From a virus, in the IMG/VR virus record IMGVR_UViG_3300017978_000154, positions 7,367 through 71,366 of that record: a stretch of 64,000 nucleotides of DNA. One strand, 5' to 3'. Of the stretch, positions 1 through 8,271 are shown piece by piece. Every line of letters starts with the position of its first letter. Position 1 is the first letter of the stretch. The notes under the pieces were generated by a model, which saw only the letters and a list, made by a program, of their open reading frames with translations, was not told where the DNA came from and ran no database searches. The translations under genes were made by a program, and so were the position numbers.

Positions 1-1218
1 CCAATGAAACTCGTTATCAATAGTGGCTAGTCTTTTGGAATACTCTTGATCATCCATCAAACGATAACCCCACTTTGTATAATCACTCATCGCTGAAGGC
101 TCTTCTAATTCATGATTGGGAATTAACAAGGGATAAATCACTAACGATTCGCCATTCCAGTTGTTAATCAACCATTGCCTTGTATCAAGTAAGGTATCAA
201 AGGTTTCATGTGGAAGACCTACAATCAAACTCAAAGTACCACGAAACAATCCATTACCAGTTTCTTTGAAATACTTCCGCACTTCAATTAAACCAGCTTT
301 CAATTTTTCACTATCAAACTTCTTACCAACTGAAGAAGCTGATGCATGGTTGAAAGATTCAACGCCATAGTGGTGACCACGAAAGTTCATACGAGCAAGA
401 TCAATTCGATCTTTTGGTCGGTTCACTAACAGGTCGGCTCTAACAAAGCCAGAGAAGAAAGGTTCAAATGGTAACTTTTCTACAACGTCAGCAAACTTGG
501 ATATTTTACTTGGTCTGTCGTTGAACGTTTCATCAGATACAGTATAGTTCTCTACACCCCACTTATCATAATTGATTCTCATTTCCAAGTCAAAATTATC
601 TGCGTCACGGCTTGTGTCTTCTTTTACACCAAGTAATGGAAAATTACAAAAATCGCACTTGAACAGACAACCTCTAGCAAATTCAACAGATAACCATTCT
701 TCTGGTTGTATAAAATCTCTTGCTTCATACAACACCGTCAAGTCTTTCATTGGCAGCGCTGGATATTCAACGTTTGCGTTTAGAATACGCTTTCCAGTAT
801 TGTACCAAAATCTAGGACGTTCACCATTACTAAATAACCACTTCAAAACAGCCAGAATAGCATTCTCACCAAAGCCTTGTATATAATAATCAATGGTTGA
901 CGAGTTGTACAAAGGATTCGTCGAGCTTCCACTGATAACTTTGATACCCCATTTATCTTTTGCCCATTGGAAGAATACATCCATGGAAGGTTCCCACCAT
1001 CCAAAAATATGGCTTGTTCCAAAGAACTTTGTGTTGCTTGTAACACGGCTGTTTGCGATAGCCTTCAATTCATCAAGCGACCAGTCTAACGCAAAATCAA
1101 TAACTTCAACATCCCAGTTGTTCTGTCTAAGAATATGAGCAACGCGATACACACCATTTGTTCTGTTTGATGCAAGCCTATCAATCGTCACTATATTAAA
1201 AAGCAGACAGTGGTTCAT
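1..1218 (-). CDS. Radical SAM enzyme with N-terminal B12-binding-like domain (class B rSAM-like). Partial: the C-terminus runs off the window
   Basis: Manual translation of the minus strand from the ATG at 1216-1218 gives MNHCLLFNIVTIDRLASNRTNGVYRVAHILRQNNWDVEVIDFAL... An N-terminal Rossmann-like B12-binding pattern is followed by ARGCLFKCDFCNF (CxxxCxxC radical SAM cluster motif). The ORF is open to position 1. The ATG overlaps the TAA of the upstream ORF (TAATG coupling). Not in the ORF track because it is edge-truncated. Confidence 0.6.
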   Translation of the reverse strand, partial: MNHCLLFNIVTIDRLASNRTNGVYRVAHILRQNNWDVEVIDFALDWSLDELKAIANSRVTSNTKFFGTSHIFGWWEPSMDVFFQWAKDKWGIKVISGSSTNPLYNSSTIDYYIQGFGENAILAVLKWLFSNGERPRFWYNTGKRILNANVEYPALPMKDLTVLYEARDFIQPEEWLSVEFARGCLFKCDFCNFPLLGVKEDTSRDADNFDLEMRINYDKWGVENYTVSDETFNDRPSKISKFADVVEKLPFEPFFSGFVRADLLVNRPKDRIDLARMNFRGHHYGVESFNHASASSVGKKFDSEKLKAGLIEVRKYFKETGNGLFRGTLSLIVGLPHETFDTLLDTRQWLINNWNGESLVIYPLLIPNHELEEPSAMSDYTKWGYRLMDDQEYSKRLATIDNEFHW

Positions 1219-1553
1219 TAGTTTCTACGCATTGTGGCAATTTCAATAGCTTGTTCATCAGAGAATATTGGAACAGCATTGGACTTGTGCATTGTACCAA
1301 TACCCTTGATCATCGTGCCAGTATATCGCGGAGTTTCTTTCTTAGTGCAATCGTGGAAGCCAGTATTCAAAGAAGGGATCTTTGCGGTTTCGCGCACATA
1401 AGGTTTAACTTGAGCGACAGGTTTGACAGTCTTAGCAACTGGTTTGGTCTCGTACTTCTTCAGTAGCTTTTCCCAAGATGCATCCAACTCGCGTTGCTTT
1501 GCTGTTGGTTTCTTGGCTTTACGTTTCTTAAAAGATGTATGAATAACTTGCAT
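1218..1553 (-). CDS. Hypothetical Lys-rich basic protein. ORF track 1218..1607; the likely start is the internal Met at 1553 (MQVIH...)
   Basis: ORF track, K-rich sequence. A sigma70-like promoter sits at 1560-1588 so the upstream part of the ORF is probably not translated. Confidence 0.3.
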   Translation of the reverse strand: MQVIHTSFKKRKAKKPTAKQRELDASWEKLLKKYETKPVAKTVKPVAQVKPYVRETAKIPSLNTGFHDCTKKETPRYTGTMIKGIGTMHKSNAVPIFSDEQAIEIATMRRN

Positions 1554-1559
1554 GATATA

Positions 1560-1588
1560 ATTATACCCTAACAGTTCTTGTAAGTCAA
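1560..1588 (-). promoter_or_regulatory. Sigma70-type promoter, TTGACT-N17-TATAAT read on the minus strand
   Basis: -10 is the reverse complement of attata at 1560-1565. -35 is the reverse complement of agtcaa at 1583-1588. Spacer is exactly 17 nt. Member of a repeated promoter family. Confidence 0.55.
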
Positions 1589-1751
1589 TTACTGAATTGT
1601 TTCCCAAATTGCGAACGGTGTTACCTCGTCGCAGATTTCCTCAAAGAGAGCATCTTCAAGTTCAAAGATCTCATCCATAGTGATATGTTCAACACTCAGT
1701 TGTCCATCAAAGACGGCTTGGATAATCATATCACGATCTTCAATAACAAAA

Positions 1752-2066
1752 TCAACTTGCATTTAGTTTAGCCTGTAGACGTTTTACTTCAGCTTTGAGG
1801 TTGCGGTTTTCATAATCAAGCCAACCGTACTTTGATTGAAGCTCTCTGAACTGAGCATCAAAGTCGCGATCAGCGTATGCTAGTTCTTCAACGGCACGAA
1901 TGATAAACTTACCACTCTCCCAGTCAAAGCCACTTGTGGCGCTCTTAACGGCAACCATGGGAATTGAACCAGCAGTTGCATAAGGTAGTTTAACCGCAAT
2001 GGTAACTTCATCGCCATCCTTGGCATACTGCAATGCGATTCTTAGATCTTCAACTTTCATCTTCAT
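1752..2066 (-). CDS. Hypothetical protein. Likely start MKMKVEDL at 2066, with a GAGGA RBS
   Basis: ORF track 1752..2183. The internal ATG is preceded by AGGA. Overlaps the end of the 2050..2241 ORF. Confidence 0.4.
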   Translation of the reverse strand: MKMKVEDLRIALQYAKDGDEVTIAVKLPYATAGSIPMVAVKSATSGFDWESGKFIIRAVEELAYADRDFDAQFRELQSKYGWLDYENRNLKAEVKRLQAKLNAS

Positions 2067-2241
2067 CCTCGTAAGGTTTGTAACCAACAACGTTACATAC
2101 ATCTGCAATAAATTCGTATGCGTTTTCAATAACCCAATCGCATTGGTAGACAGTTTCAGGGCTACCAATCTCTTGGTCTTCAACGAACTTCTTACAAACG
2201 TTCCAGAGTGCCATCAGTTCGGCATGAGTGGGTTCGTTCAT
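2050..2241 (-). CDS. Small acidic hypothetical protein (63 aa)
   Basis: ORF track. Translationally coupled to neighbours. Confidence 0.3.
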   Translation of the reverse strand: MNEPTHAELMALWNVCKKFVEDQEIGSPETVYQCDWVIENAYEFIADVCNVVGYKPYEDEDES

Positions 2242-2744
2242 ACATCACCTTCAAAATTGTCAGGAAGCCAAACACCACCGTCAGATAACCAACCACCAAC
2301 GGAAGTCTTTGGCTCATCACTATCATAAGTCAAACCAAGGGCTTTCATCATACGGTGCTTCACACGTAGATTAGGTTGACGGAAACGATCAGTCGCAGTA
2401 AACCCCATCATGGTAGCAACTTCAACCACAGCACCTGATCGGCAGATACCAGCGTGGCAATGAACAACAACGTTCATAGAGTTAGCCAAAGCATGTTGAA
2501 GCAGACGAACAATCTCATCAGCTTGTTCTTGGCTGATTTTGAAGTCATCATCGAAACCGTCTTCGTCTTCAGCATCCAAGAAGTCAAACTGGTGAACTTC
2601 TTTGAACGCAAATTTAGGGGTTGGGTGGTCTCCTGGAGGATCAGAGATTTGGATGAGCATAGAATTGGCACCACAGTCGTAGTGGAAACCATTTCTCACC
2701 GAATCACGGCTCACATTTTCAATCCAACGAATAGTCACTTTCAA
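2238..2744 (-). CDS. Cys-based phosphatase (dual-specificity/PTP-like, CX5R active-site loop)
   Basis: VVHCHAGICRSGAV matches the HC-X5-R(S/T) signature of protein-tyrosine/dual-specificity phosphatases and related RNA/polynucleotide phosphatases. Confidence 0.6.
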   Translation of the reverse strand: MKVTIRWIENVSRDSVRNGFHYDCGANSMLIQISDPPGDHPTPKFAFKEVHQFDFLDAEDEDGFDDDFKISQEQADEIVRLLQHALANSMNVVVHCHAGICRSGAVVEVATMMGFTATDRFRQPNLRVKHRMMKALGLTYDSDEPKTSVGGWLSDGGVWLPDNFEGDV

Positions 2745-2910
2745 TCTCCGTCAAGATGGTTTTATCATATACTTCTAGCAGATCTTCGTCTGAAATTTCT
2801 TTCAGTTCGTGTTCTGCAATCATAAACTTTTCCATCAGTTGCTCAGGGGTGAAAGCAAACAGGATATACTCAGTCATCAATTCGCGGAGGCTCATAATAT
2901 ATTGCTCCAA
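2719..2910 (-). CDS. Hypothetical small acidic protein
   Basis: ORF track only. Confidence 0.3.
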   Translation of the reverse strand: MEQYIMSLRELMTEYILFAFTPEQLMEKFMIAEHELKEISDEDLLEVYDKTILTEIESDYSLD

Positions 2911-3194
2911 GTTCTTAACTTTTCACGTTTCTTTTCAGAGGCATCAATCACATTATCCCAACGGATCAAACCCTTCTCGCGCATCAAGTCAAACATGCAG
3001 ACCAAGTCACCAATTTCTTCTTCAAGATGCTCACGATTAGTCTTTGGCTTTCCTGGCTTGTAGTTGTCGATACCGAAACGGTGAATCTTACTGATTGCCA
3101 CAACCACTTCTGCGCATTCTTCTTGCGCAATATCCATAATCTCTACTTCAACCGAGTTCATTATACAATTCCAATTCTTGTTCCATTTGTTCAC
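2892..3194 (-). CDS. MazG-like all-alpha nucleoside triphosphate pyrophosphohydrolase (candidate)
   Basis: Two EExxE/D-type helix motifs (QEECAEVVVAI ... EEEIGDLVCMFDLM) typical of the MazG/HisE all-alpha NTP-PPase fold. Size about 100 aa. Confidence 0.4.
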   Translation of the reverse strand: MNKWNKNWNCIMNSVEVEIMDIAQEECAEVVVAISKIHRFGIDNYKPGKPKTNREHLEEEIGDLVCMFDLMREKGLIRWDNVIDASEKKREKLRTWSNIL

Positions 3195-3330
3195 ACGTCC
3201 AACAATAATACAACCACTCTACGAATTCCTGATACTCGTCGTCAAGTTGAGCCTGACGGTCAGCTTCGGTAGCTTCTTGCAGTTCTAAGTTGATTTCTTT
3301 TATCGTCTTCATATAATGATTATACCCCAA
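3148..3330 (-). CDS. Hypothetical 60-aa acidic protein
   Basis: ORF track. Promoter immediately upstream. Confidence 0.3.
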   Translation of the reverse strand: MGYNHYMKTIKEINLELQEATEADRQAQLDDEYQEFVEWLYYCWTCEQMEQELELYNELG

Positions 3331-3347
3331 GACTTAATTAAAGTCAA
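3319..3347 (-). promoter_or_regulatory. Sigma70-type promoter TTGACT-N17-TATAAT (minus strand)
   Basis: Reverse complement of attata at 3319-3324 and of agtcaa at 3342-3347, 17-nt spacer. Confidence 0.55.
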
Positions 3348-3371
3348 GGGGTATTTTCGTAATACTAAAGT

Positions 3372-4772
3372 TTACTTGTTAGAGTTGGCTCGGACTTCCT
3401 CGAAGGTGTAATCCTTGCTCAAGTTACCATTCCAGTAGACTGGCACCAAAGCATTAGACCAACCACCGATACCTTTGTCAGACCAACCAGTTGGAGCAGT
3501 TACGCCAGAAGCGAACTCACCACCAGAGTTAGTCCAAAGGGTAACACGACCAGCTTTAGACTTCTTACCAGAGTCAGTAATAGGATCTTTCTGAACGTCA
3601 ACCCAAGTACCATTGATCAATGCAGCGGAACACTTCATTGCGAATCGTTGTGTGTCTCGATCAATTTGTTGGAGCAAGGCACCGCCCATACCGAATGCAA
3701 TATTGTCTGCTGACCAACCCATTGCCATGAAACGACCAAGGATGCTACGAATTGTCAATTCATTCACACCATCACCTTGAATCAGGCGAACATTGTTCAG
3801 GACTTTGAAACCTTTGGCATTGGTTGTGTATCCGAACTTTTGTCCAAGGATTCCAACGAGTTGGCCACAGACCATTTCAGGATCACCAGAGTCGGGTCGG
3901 ATAACCACTGTCGCACCAGAGGCGATAACCTCTTCCTTGAGTTCTTCACCCCAGAGTTTGCTTGCTGCATTAAAGATGTCATATGAGTCACTCACAACTG
4001 CCAAGATAGAACCTTCACGTCCGAATTGCTTCAGCATGTTACGGTATGCGTCTACTTCACCTGCACGACCCCAGCTGGTAATGGTGCTGTGTTCTGCGGC
4101 TGGAATTGAGAAACCTGCAACACCAGCATTGTAATACTCACGAGCATAAAGGACACCAGTGATAGTGTCACTACCCATAAAATTAACCAAGTGCGCTGCG
4201 CCACCAATCCCCGCAGATTCCATACTTGAAACACCACGGGCACCGAAATCATGCAACTTAAAATCAATACCAGCAGGGTCACCAGTCTTCTCCAAATATT
4301 CTTTGATAATGTTTTTGATAGTTTTGGACTGAGTGGCCACAGTGGTAGGATACCATACTGCGCGAAGCAAGGCAGTCTCAAGCCAAGTTGTCAACCAGAA
4401 ACATTCTGGGTCTGTGTTCTCGATAGTCGCCAGTACATTTTTGACAGGCACCACAGTGCCTTCAGGTACAGCACGAATGACCAAAGGTAAGAAACCTTGG
4501 TGCTGATCAAGGATGTATTGCCACGCTTCACGATTAAATGGTTCACCGTGGGCTGTAAGAATTTCATCTGCAACATCAATGTCGGCTTGTGTGATTGGTT
4601 CAAGTAAGTATTCCTTGATGAAGGCTTGGAGACCGAAGAACAGGGTTTGATCGTAGCGACCACCACGTGATTCGATGTAAGAGTAGATGCCAGTTGTACC
4701 AGCAGGATATTGTTTCATCATGCTGACTTTGTAGCTGTCAGTGTTGAGGATGATGTTTTTAGCGAGTTTCAT
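3372..4772 (-). CDS. nadV: Nicotinamide phosphoribosyltransferase (NAMPT/NadV)
   Basis: 466 aa, full-length NAMPT-family sequence with the GxGxxxxHxxxFxGSDT core region. AAGGAG RBS. Promoter at 4803-4831. Confidence 0.9.
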   Translation of the reverse strand: MKLAKNIILNTDSYKVSMMKQYPAGTTGIYSYIESRGGRYDQTLFFGLQAFIKEYLLEPITQADIDVADEILTAHGEPFNREAWQYILDQHQGFLPLVIRAVPEGTVVPVKNVLATIENTDPECFWLTTWLETALLRAVWYPTTVATQSKTIKNIIKEYLEKTGDPAGIDFKLHDFGARGVSSMESAGIGGAAHLVNFMGSDTITGVLYAREYYNAGVAGFSIPAAEHSTITSWGRAGEVDAYRNMLKQFGREGSILAVVSDSYDIFNAASKLWGEELKEEVIASGATVVIRPDSGDPEMVCGQLVGILGQKFGYTTNAKGFKVLNNVRLIQGDGVNELTIRSILGRFMAMGWSADNIAFGMGGALLQQIDRDTQRFAMKCSAALINGTWVDVQKDPITDSGKKSKAGRVTLWTNSGGEFASGVTAPTGWSDKGIGGWSNALVPVYWNGNLSKDYTFEEVRANSNK

Positions 4773-4802
4773 GATAAGCTCCTTATCGTTTGTTACAGTT
4801 TA

Positions 4803-4831
4803 ATTATACCTTATGCTTGAATTAAAGTCAA
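4803..4831 (-). promoter_or_regulatory. Sigma70-type promoter TTGACT-N17-TATAAT (minus strand)
   Basis: Reverse complement of attata at 4803-4808 and of agtcaa at 4826-4831, spacer 17. Confidence 0.6.
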
Positions 4832-5805
4832 GCGTTTTTTGCGAAGGCTGGAATCGGCATAACTCCAGTGACTTTCGATACGATGTCCTTATGGTCGTCG
4901 TACATCTCGATGTTGTTCAGTGCGTCGGTTAGTGGCACCCACTTACACAGAGCAGCATCGTCAGCACCATTGGCACGTGGCAGAGACCAGTCAGGGTTTG
5001 GACTGATACGCATATACACAGCCATGGTGTTGCGGGGAATACCGAACGAACGACTAGGGTCGTCAAACAATTCGGTCTTTACGATAGAGCCACGGAGAAC
5101 TTTCTCTGGGACTCGCACGTTTGTTTCTTCAATCAACTCTCGGATTGCACAATCGAGAAATGTTTCACGCTGATTGCGAAAACCTCCTGGAAGTGCCCAC
5201 GCACCTTTTCCTGGGGAGAACTTGCGTTGGATAAGCAAGATGTGACCTTGGCATTCAAGGATAGCATCGGAGCAGTTGAAGTTAAGGGTTTCTGGGAATG
5301 GATACCCAGCGAATAAGTCTTTTTCTTTGTCATAAAATGCACGGTCGCCACGTACAGTCTCAGGCATGAGCGGATCATTTTCTGCAAACATACGGTTGCG
5401 AATCTCTGTTGCGTTTACCGAGTATTGAGCCTCGATAGATTTAAATTTGAGTTCAGGGAACCACTTGAGATAGTCGTTACCATCTTTCATGTGACCGAAC
5501 AGGATCGGTGAGCCCATTTCAAAATGTTCGATAGTAGCACGTACATCGGACATCCATTGGGTGTTTGAATAGCGATAATCGTTTAGTGGGATGATTTCGT
5601 AGTTGGTGATGCGTTGAGCATGCAACTTAACTTGGAGCATTTGTTTGCGTTCAGCAAACGTCCAAGGGTTACGGATAGAACGGCATTGATTAGCCGAACC
5701 AACTAGAATGTACAGTTTCTGTACTTGGGATGCAGCCACTCCAAGAGCGTGGATGTGACCTTCGTGAACGGGCTGGAATCGCCCAATAAAAATACCAGTT
5801 TTCAT
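4828..5805 (-). CDS. natV: Bifunctional NMN adenylyltransferase / Nudix hydrolase (NatV-like)
   Basis: N-terminal HIGH motif GRFQPVHEGHIH (NadM-type NMNAT). C-terminal Nudix box GGFRNQRETFLDCAIRELIEETN. Start placed at MKTGIF (AGGAGA RBS) rather than the track start at 5832. Confidence 0.85.
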   Translation of the reverse strand: MKTGIFIGRFQPVHEGHIHALGVAASQVQKLYILVGSANQCRSIRNPWTFAERKQMLQVKLHAQRITNYEIIPLNDYRYSNTQWMSDVRATIEHFEMGSPILFGHMKDGNDYLKWFPELKFKSIEAQYSVNATEIRNRMFAENDPLMPETVRGDRAFYDKEKDLFAGYPFPETLNFNCSDAILECQGHILLIQRKFSPGKGAWALPGGFRNQRETFLDCAIRELIEETNVRVPEKVLRGSIVKTELFDDPSRSFGIPRNTMAVYMRISPNPDWSLPRANGADDAALCKWVPLTDALNNIEMYDDHKDIVSKVTGVMPIPAFAKNA

Positions 5806-5855
5806 TTTCTTATCTCCTAAGAATACATACAAGCAGACTACCTGCTCATTTCTAT

Positions 5856-6305
5856 TTAGCCATTTAATTTGGCCAGAATTTCAAGGTAGAACCGATGGTA
5901 CTTTTCCATCCGAACTAGATCCTTTTCAGTAACACCCTTCAATCGACGGATATCAGAGTTGTGACGCAAGTCAGCCATTTTAACCTTCATTGCATCAGTG
6001 TTAGAGAAGATGACTTCTTTGTATTCAGCGAGGGTTTGACCACGTTGCTTAGTTAGGCATCGTACAGCGGCAATAACACGCTCACTCATACCAATAGCTT
6101 TTAGATCTACAAAGGTTACATCGCAATCTTCTACAACATCGTGTAAAAGAGCCATACATTGTAACTCTTCATCGTCAGTCTTCAGGTAGTGCATAACCTT
6201 CAGTGGGTGAAGGATATAGGGAGCACCTCCCTTATCGAACTGACCGTGGTGAGAGTTAGTGGCCAGCAACAGGGCTTTATCAAGCATTTCACCTTTTTTC
6301 ATCAT
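5856..6305 (-). CDS. HD-domain small alarmone hydrolase-like protein (Rel/SpoT hydrolase-domain homolog)
   Basis: HHGQFDKGGAPYILHPLKV ... ALLHDVVEDC matches the Rel/SpoT (p)ppGpp hydrolase HD-domain signature (HxGQxRxSGEPY..HPL ... LLHDxVEDT). Confidence 0.65.
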   Translation of the reverse strand: MMKKGEMLDKALLLATNSHHGQFDKGGAPYILHPLKVMHYLKTDDEELQCMALLHDVVEDCDVTFVDLKAIGMSERVIAAVRCLTKQRGQTLAEYKEVIFSNTDAMKVKMADLRHNSDIRRLKGVTEKDLVRMEKYHRFYLEILAKLNG

Positions 6306-6328
6306 ACACTTCCCCTTTCCATAGTTTA

Positions 6329-6357
6329 ATTATACCATAGATAGGAATTAAAGTAAA
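6329..6357 (-). promoter_or_regulatory. Sigma70-type promoter TTTACT-N17-TATAAT (minus strand), proximal of a tandem pair
   Basis: Reverse complement of attata at 6329-6334 and of agtaaa at 6352-6357, spacer 17. Confidence 0.5.
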
Positions 6358-6405
6358 GGGATATTTGACTAATACTTTACACTTCTTATCAAACCCGACA
6401 CGGGT

Positions 6406-6434
6406 ATTATACGTCTGCAAGAACCAAAAGTAAA
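6406..6434 (-). promoter_or_regulatory. Sigma70-type promoter TTTACT-N17-TATAAT (minus strand), distal of the tandem pair
   Basis: Reverse complement of attata at 6406-6411 and of agtaaa at 6429-6434, spacer 17. Confidence 0.5.
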
Positions 6435-6491
6435 GTTTATCTTACAATAAATACAATTGCATACTTTTGTGCATTTTTATAGGAAGGTGAG

Positions 6492-7115
6492 ATGGAATTA
6501 ACACTACAACAATTAAAACAGTTGCTTCCAAAGAACCCTTACGTTGATCACTGGCATCACGCTTTATCGCAACTTTTGCCAGATTATGAGATCAACACTC
6601 CGCAGCGAATTGCAGCTTTTGTGGCTCAGTGCGCTCATGAATCGGGTGGATTTATGGTTCTAAAGGAAAACCTTAATTACAAGGCTGCAACACTTCGCAA
6701 GATTTTCCCAAAGTATTTCCCAACGGACGCTATGGCTGCAGAATATGCTTCAAAGCCAAATAAACAAGAAGCAATTGCTAACCTAGTTTATGCAAACCGC
6801 ATGGGTAATGGTGGTCCAGAGACTGGTGACGGTTATCGTTACTGTGGTCGTGGATTGATCCAACTAACAGGAAAGTCAAACTATTCATGGTTCGCTGCTT
6901 CCCTTGGTATTCCAGTCGAAGAGGCTGCTGAATATCTACAGACTTTTGAGGGTGCTGCTCAATCCGCTTGCTGGTTCTGGGAAACTAACAACCTAAACCA
7001 ATGGGCTGATAAGGGTGACATTCTTACATTGACTAAGAAGATCAACGGTGGTACTATCGGTCTAGAAGATCGTATCAAACACTATGAGCATGCTCTACAT
7101 GTAATGGGAGCCTAA
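6492..7115 (+). CDS. Endolysin, glycoside hydrolase family 19 (chitinase-type lysozyme)
   Basis: FVAQCAHESGGF and YRYCGRGLIQLTGKSNY match the GH19 signature motifs. AGGAAGGTGA RBS. First gene of the only plus-strand cluster. Confidence 0.85.
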   Translation: MELTLQQLKQLLPKNPYVDHWHHALSQLLPDYEINTPQRIAAFVAQCAHESGGFMVLKENLNYKAATLRKIFPKYFPTDAMAAEYASKPNKQEAIANLVYANRMGNGGPETGDGYRYCGRGLIQLTGKSNYSWFAASLGIPVEEAAEYLQTFEGAAQSACWFWETNNLNQWADKGDILTLTKKINGGTIGLEDRIKHYEHALHVMGA

Positions 7116-7116
7116 A

Positions 7117-7398
7117 ATGAACGACCGTAAGTTAGTCAGATGGTTGTTATTGCTTTTGCTATTGCCACTTGGTTTAGCCATGTGCAGTAAAGAGCAATTT
7201 CGCTATCCATGCCAAGACCCAGCTAACTGGGATAAAGAATTTTGTAAAATGCCTTTATGTGATGTGAATAGAACTTGTCCAGAACACATCTTTAAAGGTC
7301 AACGCGACCCGCGATTAGGACCACCAAAAGATGAAACTACTAAAACTGCTGTACAACCGATTACTCCAGCATCTCAAGGAGCAAACTGTGGAAAATAA
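7117..7398 (+). CDS. Small Cys-rich putative lipoprotein (signal peptide followed by a lipobox-like LAMC)
   Basis: Hydrophobic N-terminus LLLLLLLPLGLAMC, 6 Cys, Pro-rich C-terminus. Position in the lysis cassette. Confidence 0.4.
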   Translation: MNDRKLVRWLLLLLLLPLGLAMCSKEQFRYPCQDPANWDKEFCKMPLCDVNRTCPEHIFKGQRDPRLGPPKDETTKTAVQPITPASQGANCGK

Positions 7399-7867
7399 AG
7401 ACACATTTGTATATACTGAAGAACAACTGATGGCTCGCCTGAAGTTCTTCATCGGTATCTGCTTATCGCTTACACTATTCGGTATCGTGTTCGTTGTATT
7501 GTATTCTTTGATTTTTGTTACTCAACCGTTGAACGCTATCAGCCCAATCGACCAAAAGTTCTTTGAGTTGATTGTACCTATCGCTACATTCTTGACTGGT
7601 ACTCTATCAGGTATCATGCTTGCAGGTACTAAACCAGAAGACCAGAAGATGATGTTAGAAGCTCAGAAGCAAGCGCAATCAAACGCCGAAGCTGCCGCTA
7701 AGAACACTATCGCTCAAGCTGCTATTTTGAATCCAACTCCGCCACCAGCGCCAGTTGTGATTCAACAACCAATGTATCAGGCTCCACCAGCTAACTTTAC
7801 ACCACAAGTGTTAATGAGCTCAACTGGTAAACCAATGCCTGCACAACCTGATCACCAAGAGATCTAA
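7331..7867 (+). CDS. Membrane protein with 2 predicted TM helices and a Pro-rich C-terminus (lysis cassette component; start uncertain, may be the Met at 7430)
   Basis: Hydrophobic segments FFIGICLSLTLFGIVFVVLYSLIFV and LIVPIATFLTGTLSGIMLAG. Overlaps the preceding ORF in another frame. Confidence 0.4.
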   Translation: MKLLKLLYNRLLQHLKEQTVENKDTFVYTEEQLMARLKFFIGICLSLTLFGIVFVVLYSLIFVTQPLNAISPIDQKFFELIVPIATFLTGTLSGIMLAGTKPEDQKMMLEAQKQAQSNAEAAAKNTIAQAAILNPTPPPAPVVIQQPMYQAPPANFTPQVLMSSTGKPMPAQPDHQEI

Positions 7868-8098
7868 ATGGAATTTCTAAAGAGTATGTTACAAGACGGT
7901 CACAACGGCTCATGGAGCAGTAAGAGAGTGATCACGCTTTTGGCTTTTGTTATCGTTGGTGTATCATATTTGGCTGATCAGTTCACAATCTATAAAGCAA
8001 ATGAAACCTTATTCGATTCAATCATCTACTTGGTGATTGCTGGATTAGGTTTCACTGCTTCCGAAAAATTCGCAAAGAAGGAAAAATCAAATGAATAA
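7868..8098 (+). CDS. Holin-like small membrane protein (2 TM helices, charged C-terminus)
   Basis: 76 aa, two hydrophobic helices then KFAKKEKSNE. Directly downstream of the endolysin cassette genes. Confidence 0.4.
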   Translation: MEFLKSMLQDGHNGSWSSKRVITLLAFVIVGVSYLADQFTIYKANETLFDSIIYLVIAGLGFTASEKFAKKEKSNE

Positions 8099-8267
8099 GT
8101 TTCTAGCAATTCTATTGGCAAGCGTAATGTCTTTTGGCGTTATGGCTGCTGAAACTGAACGTGTTTGTATCGAAGTAAAAGATGCAAAGACTGGTAAGAT
8201 GAAAGAAGAATGTAAGGTGATTAAGAAGCACAAAAAACTTGAAGGCACCGAAGTGCCTAAGAAATAA
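8091..8267 (+). CDS. Small secreted protein, 58 aa (signal peptide). Below the ORF-track size cutoff
   Basis: Manual translation gives MNKFLAILLASVMSFGVMAAETERVCIEVKDAKTGKMKEECKVIKKHKKLEGTEVPKK. Followed immediately by a terminator. Confidence 0.35.
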   Translation: MNKFLAILLASVMSFGVMAAETERVCIEVKDAKTGKMKEECKVIKKHKKLEGTEVPKK

Positions 8268-8271
8268 AAAA

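Noticed and set aside
6365-6460. Possible plus-strand promoter for the endolysin cassette (TTGACT at 6365 with a weak TATCAA -10; ATAAATA late-like box at about 6447)
   Set aside because: Both -10 candidates deviate from consensus. Cannot choose without transcript data.
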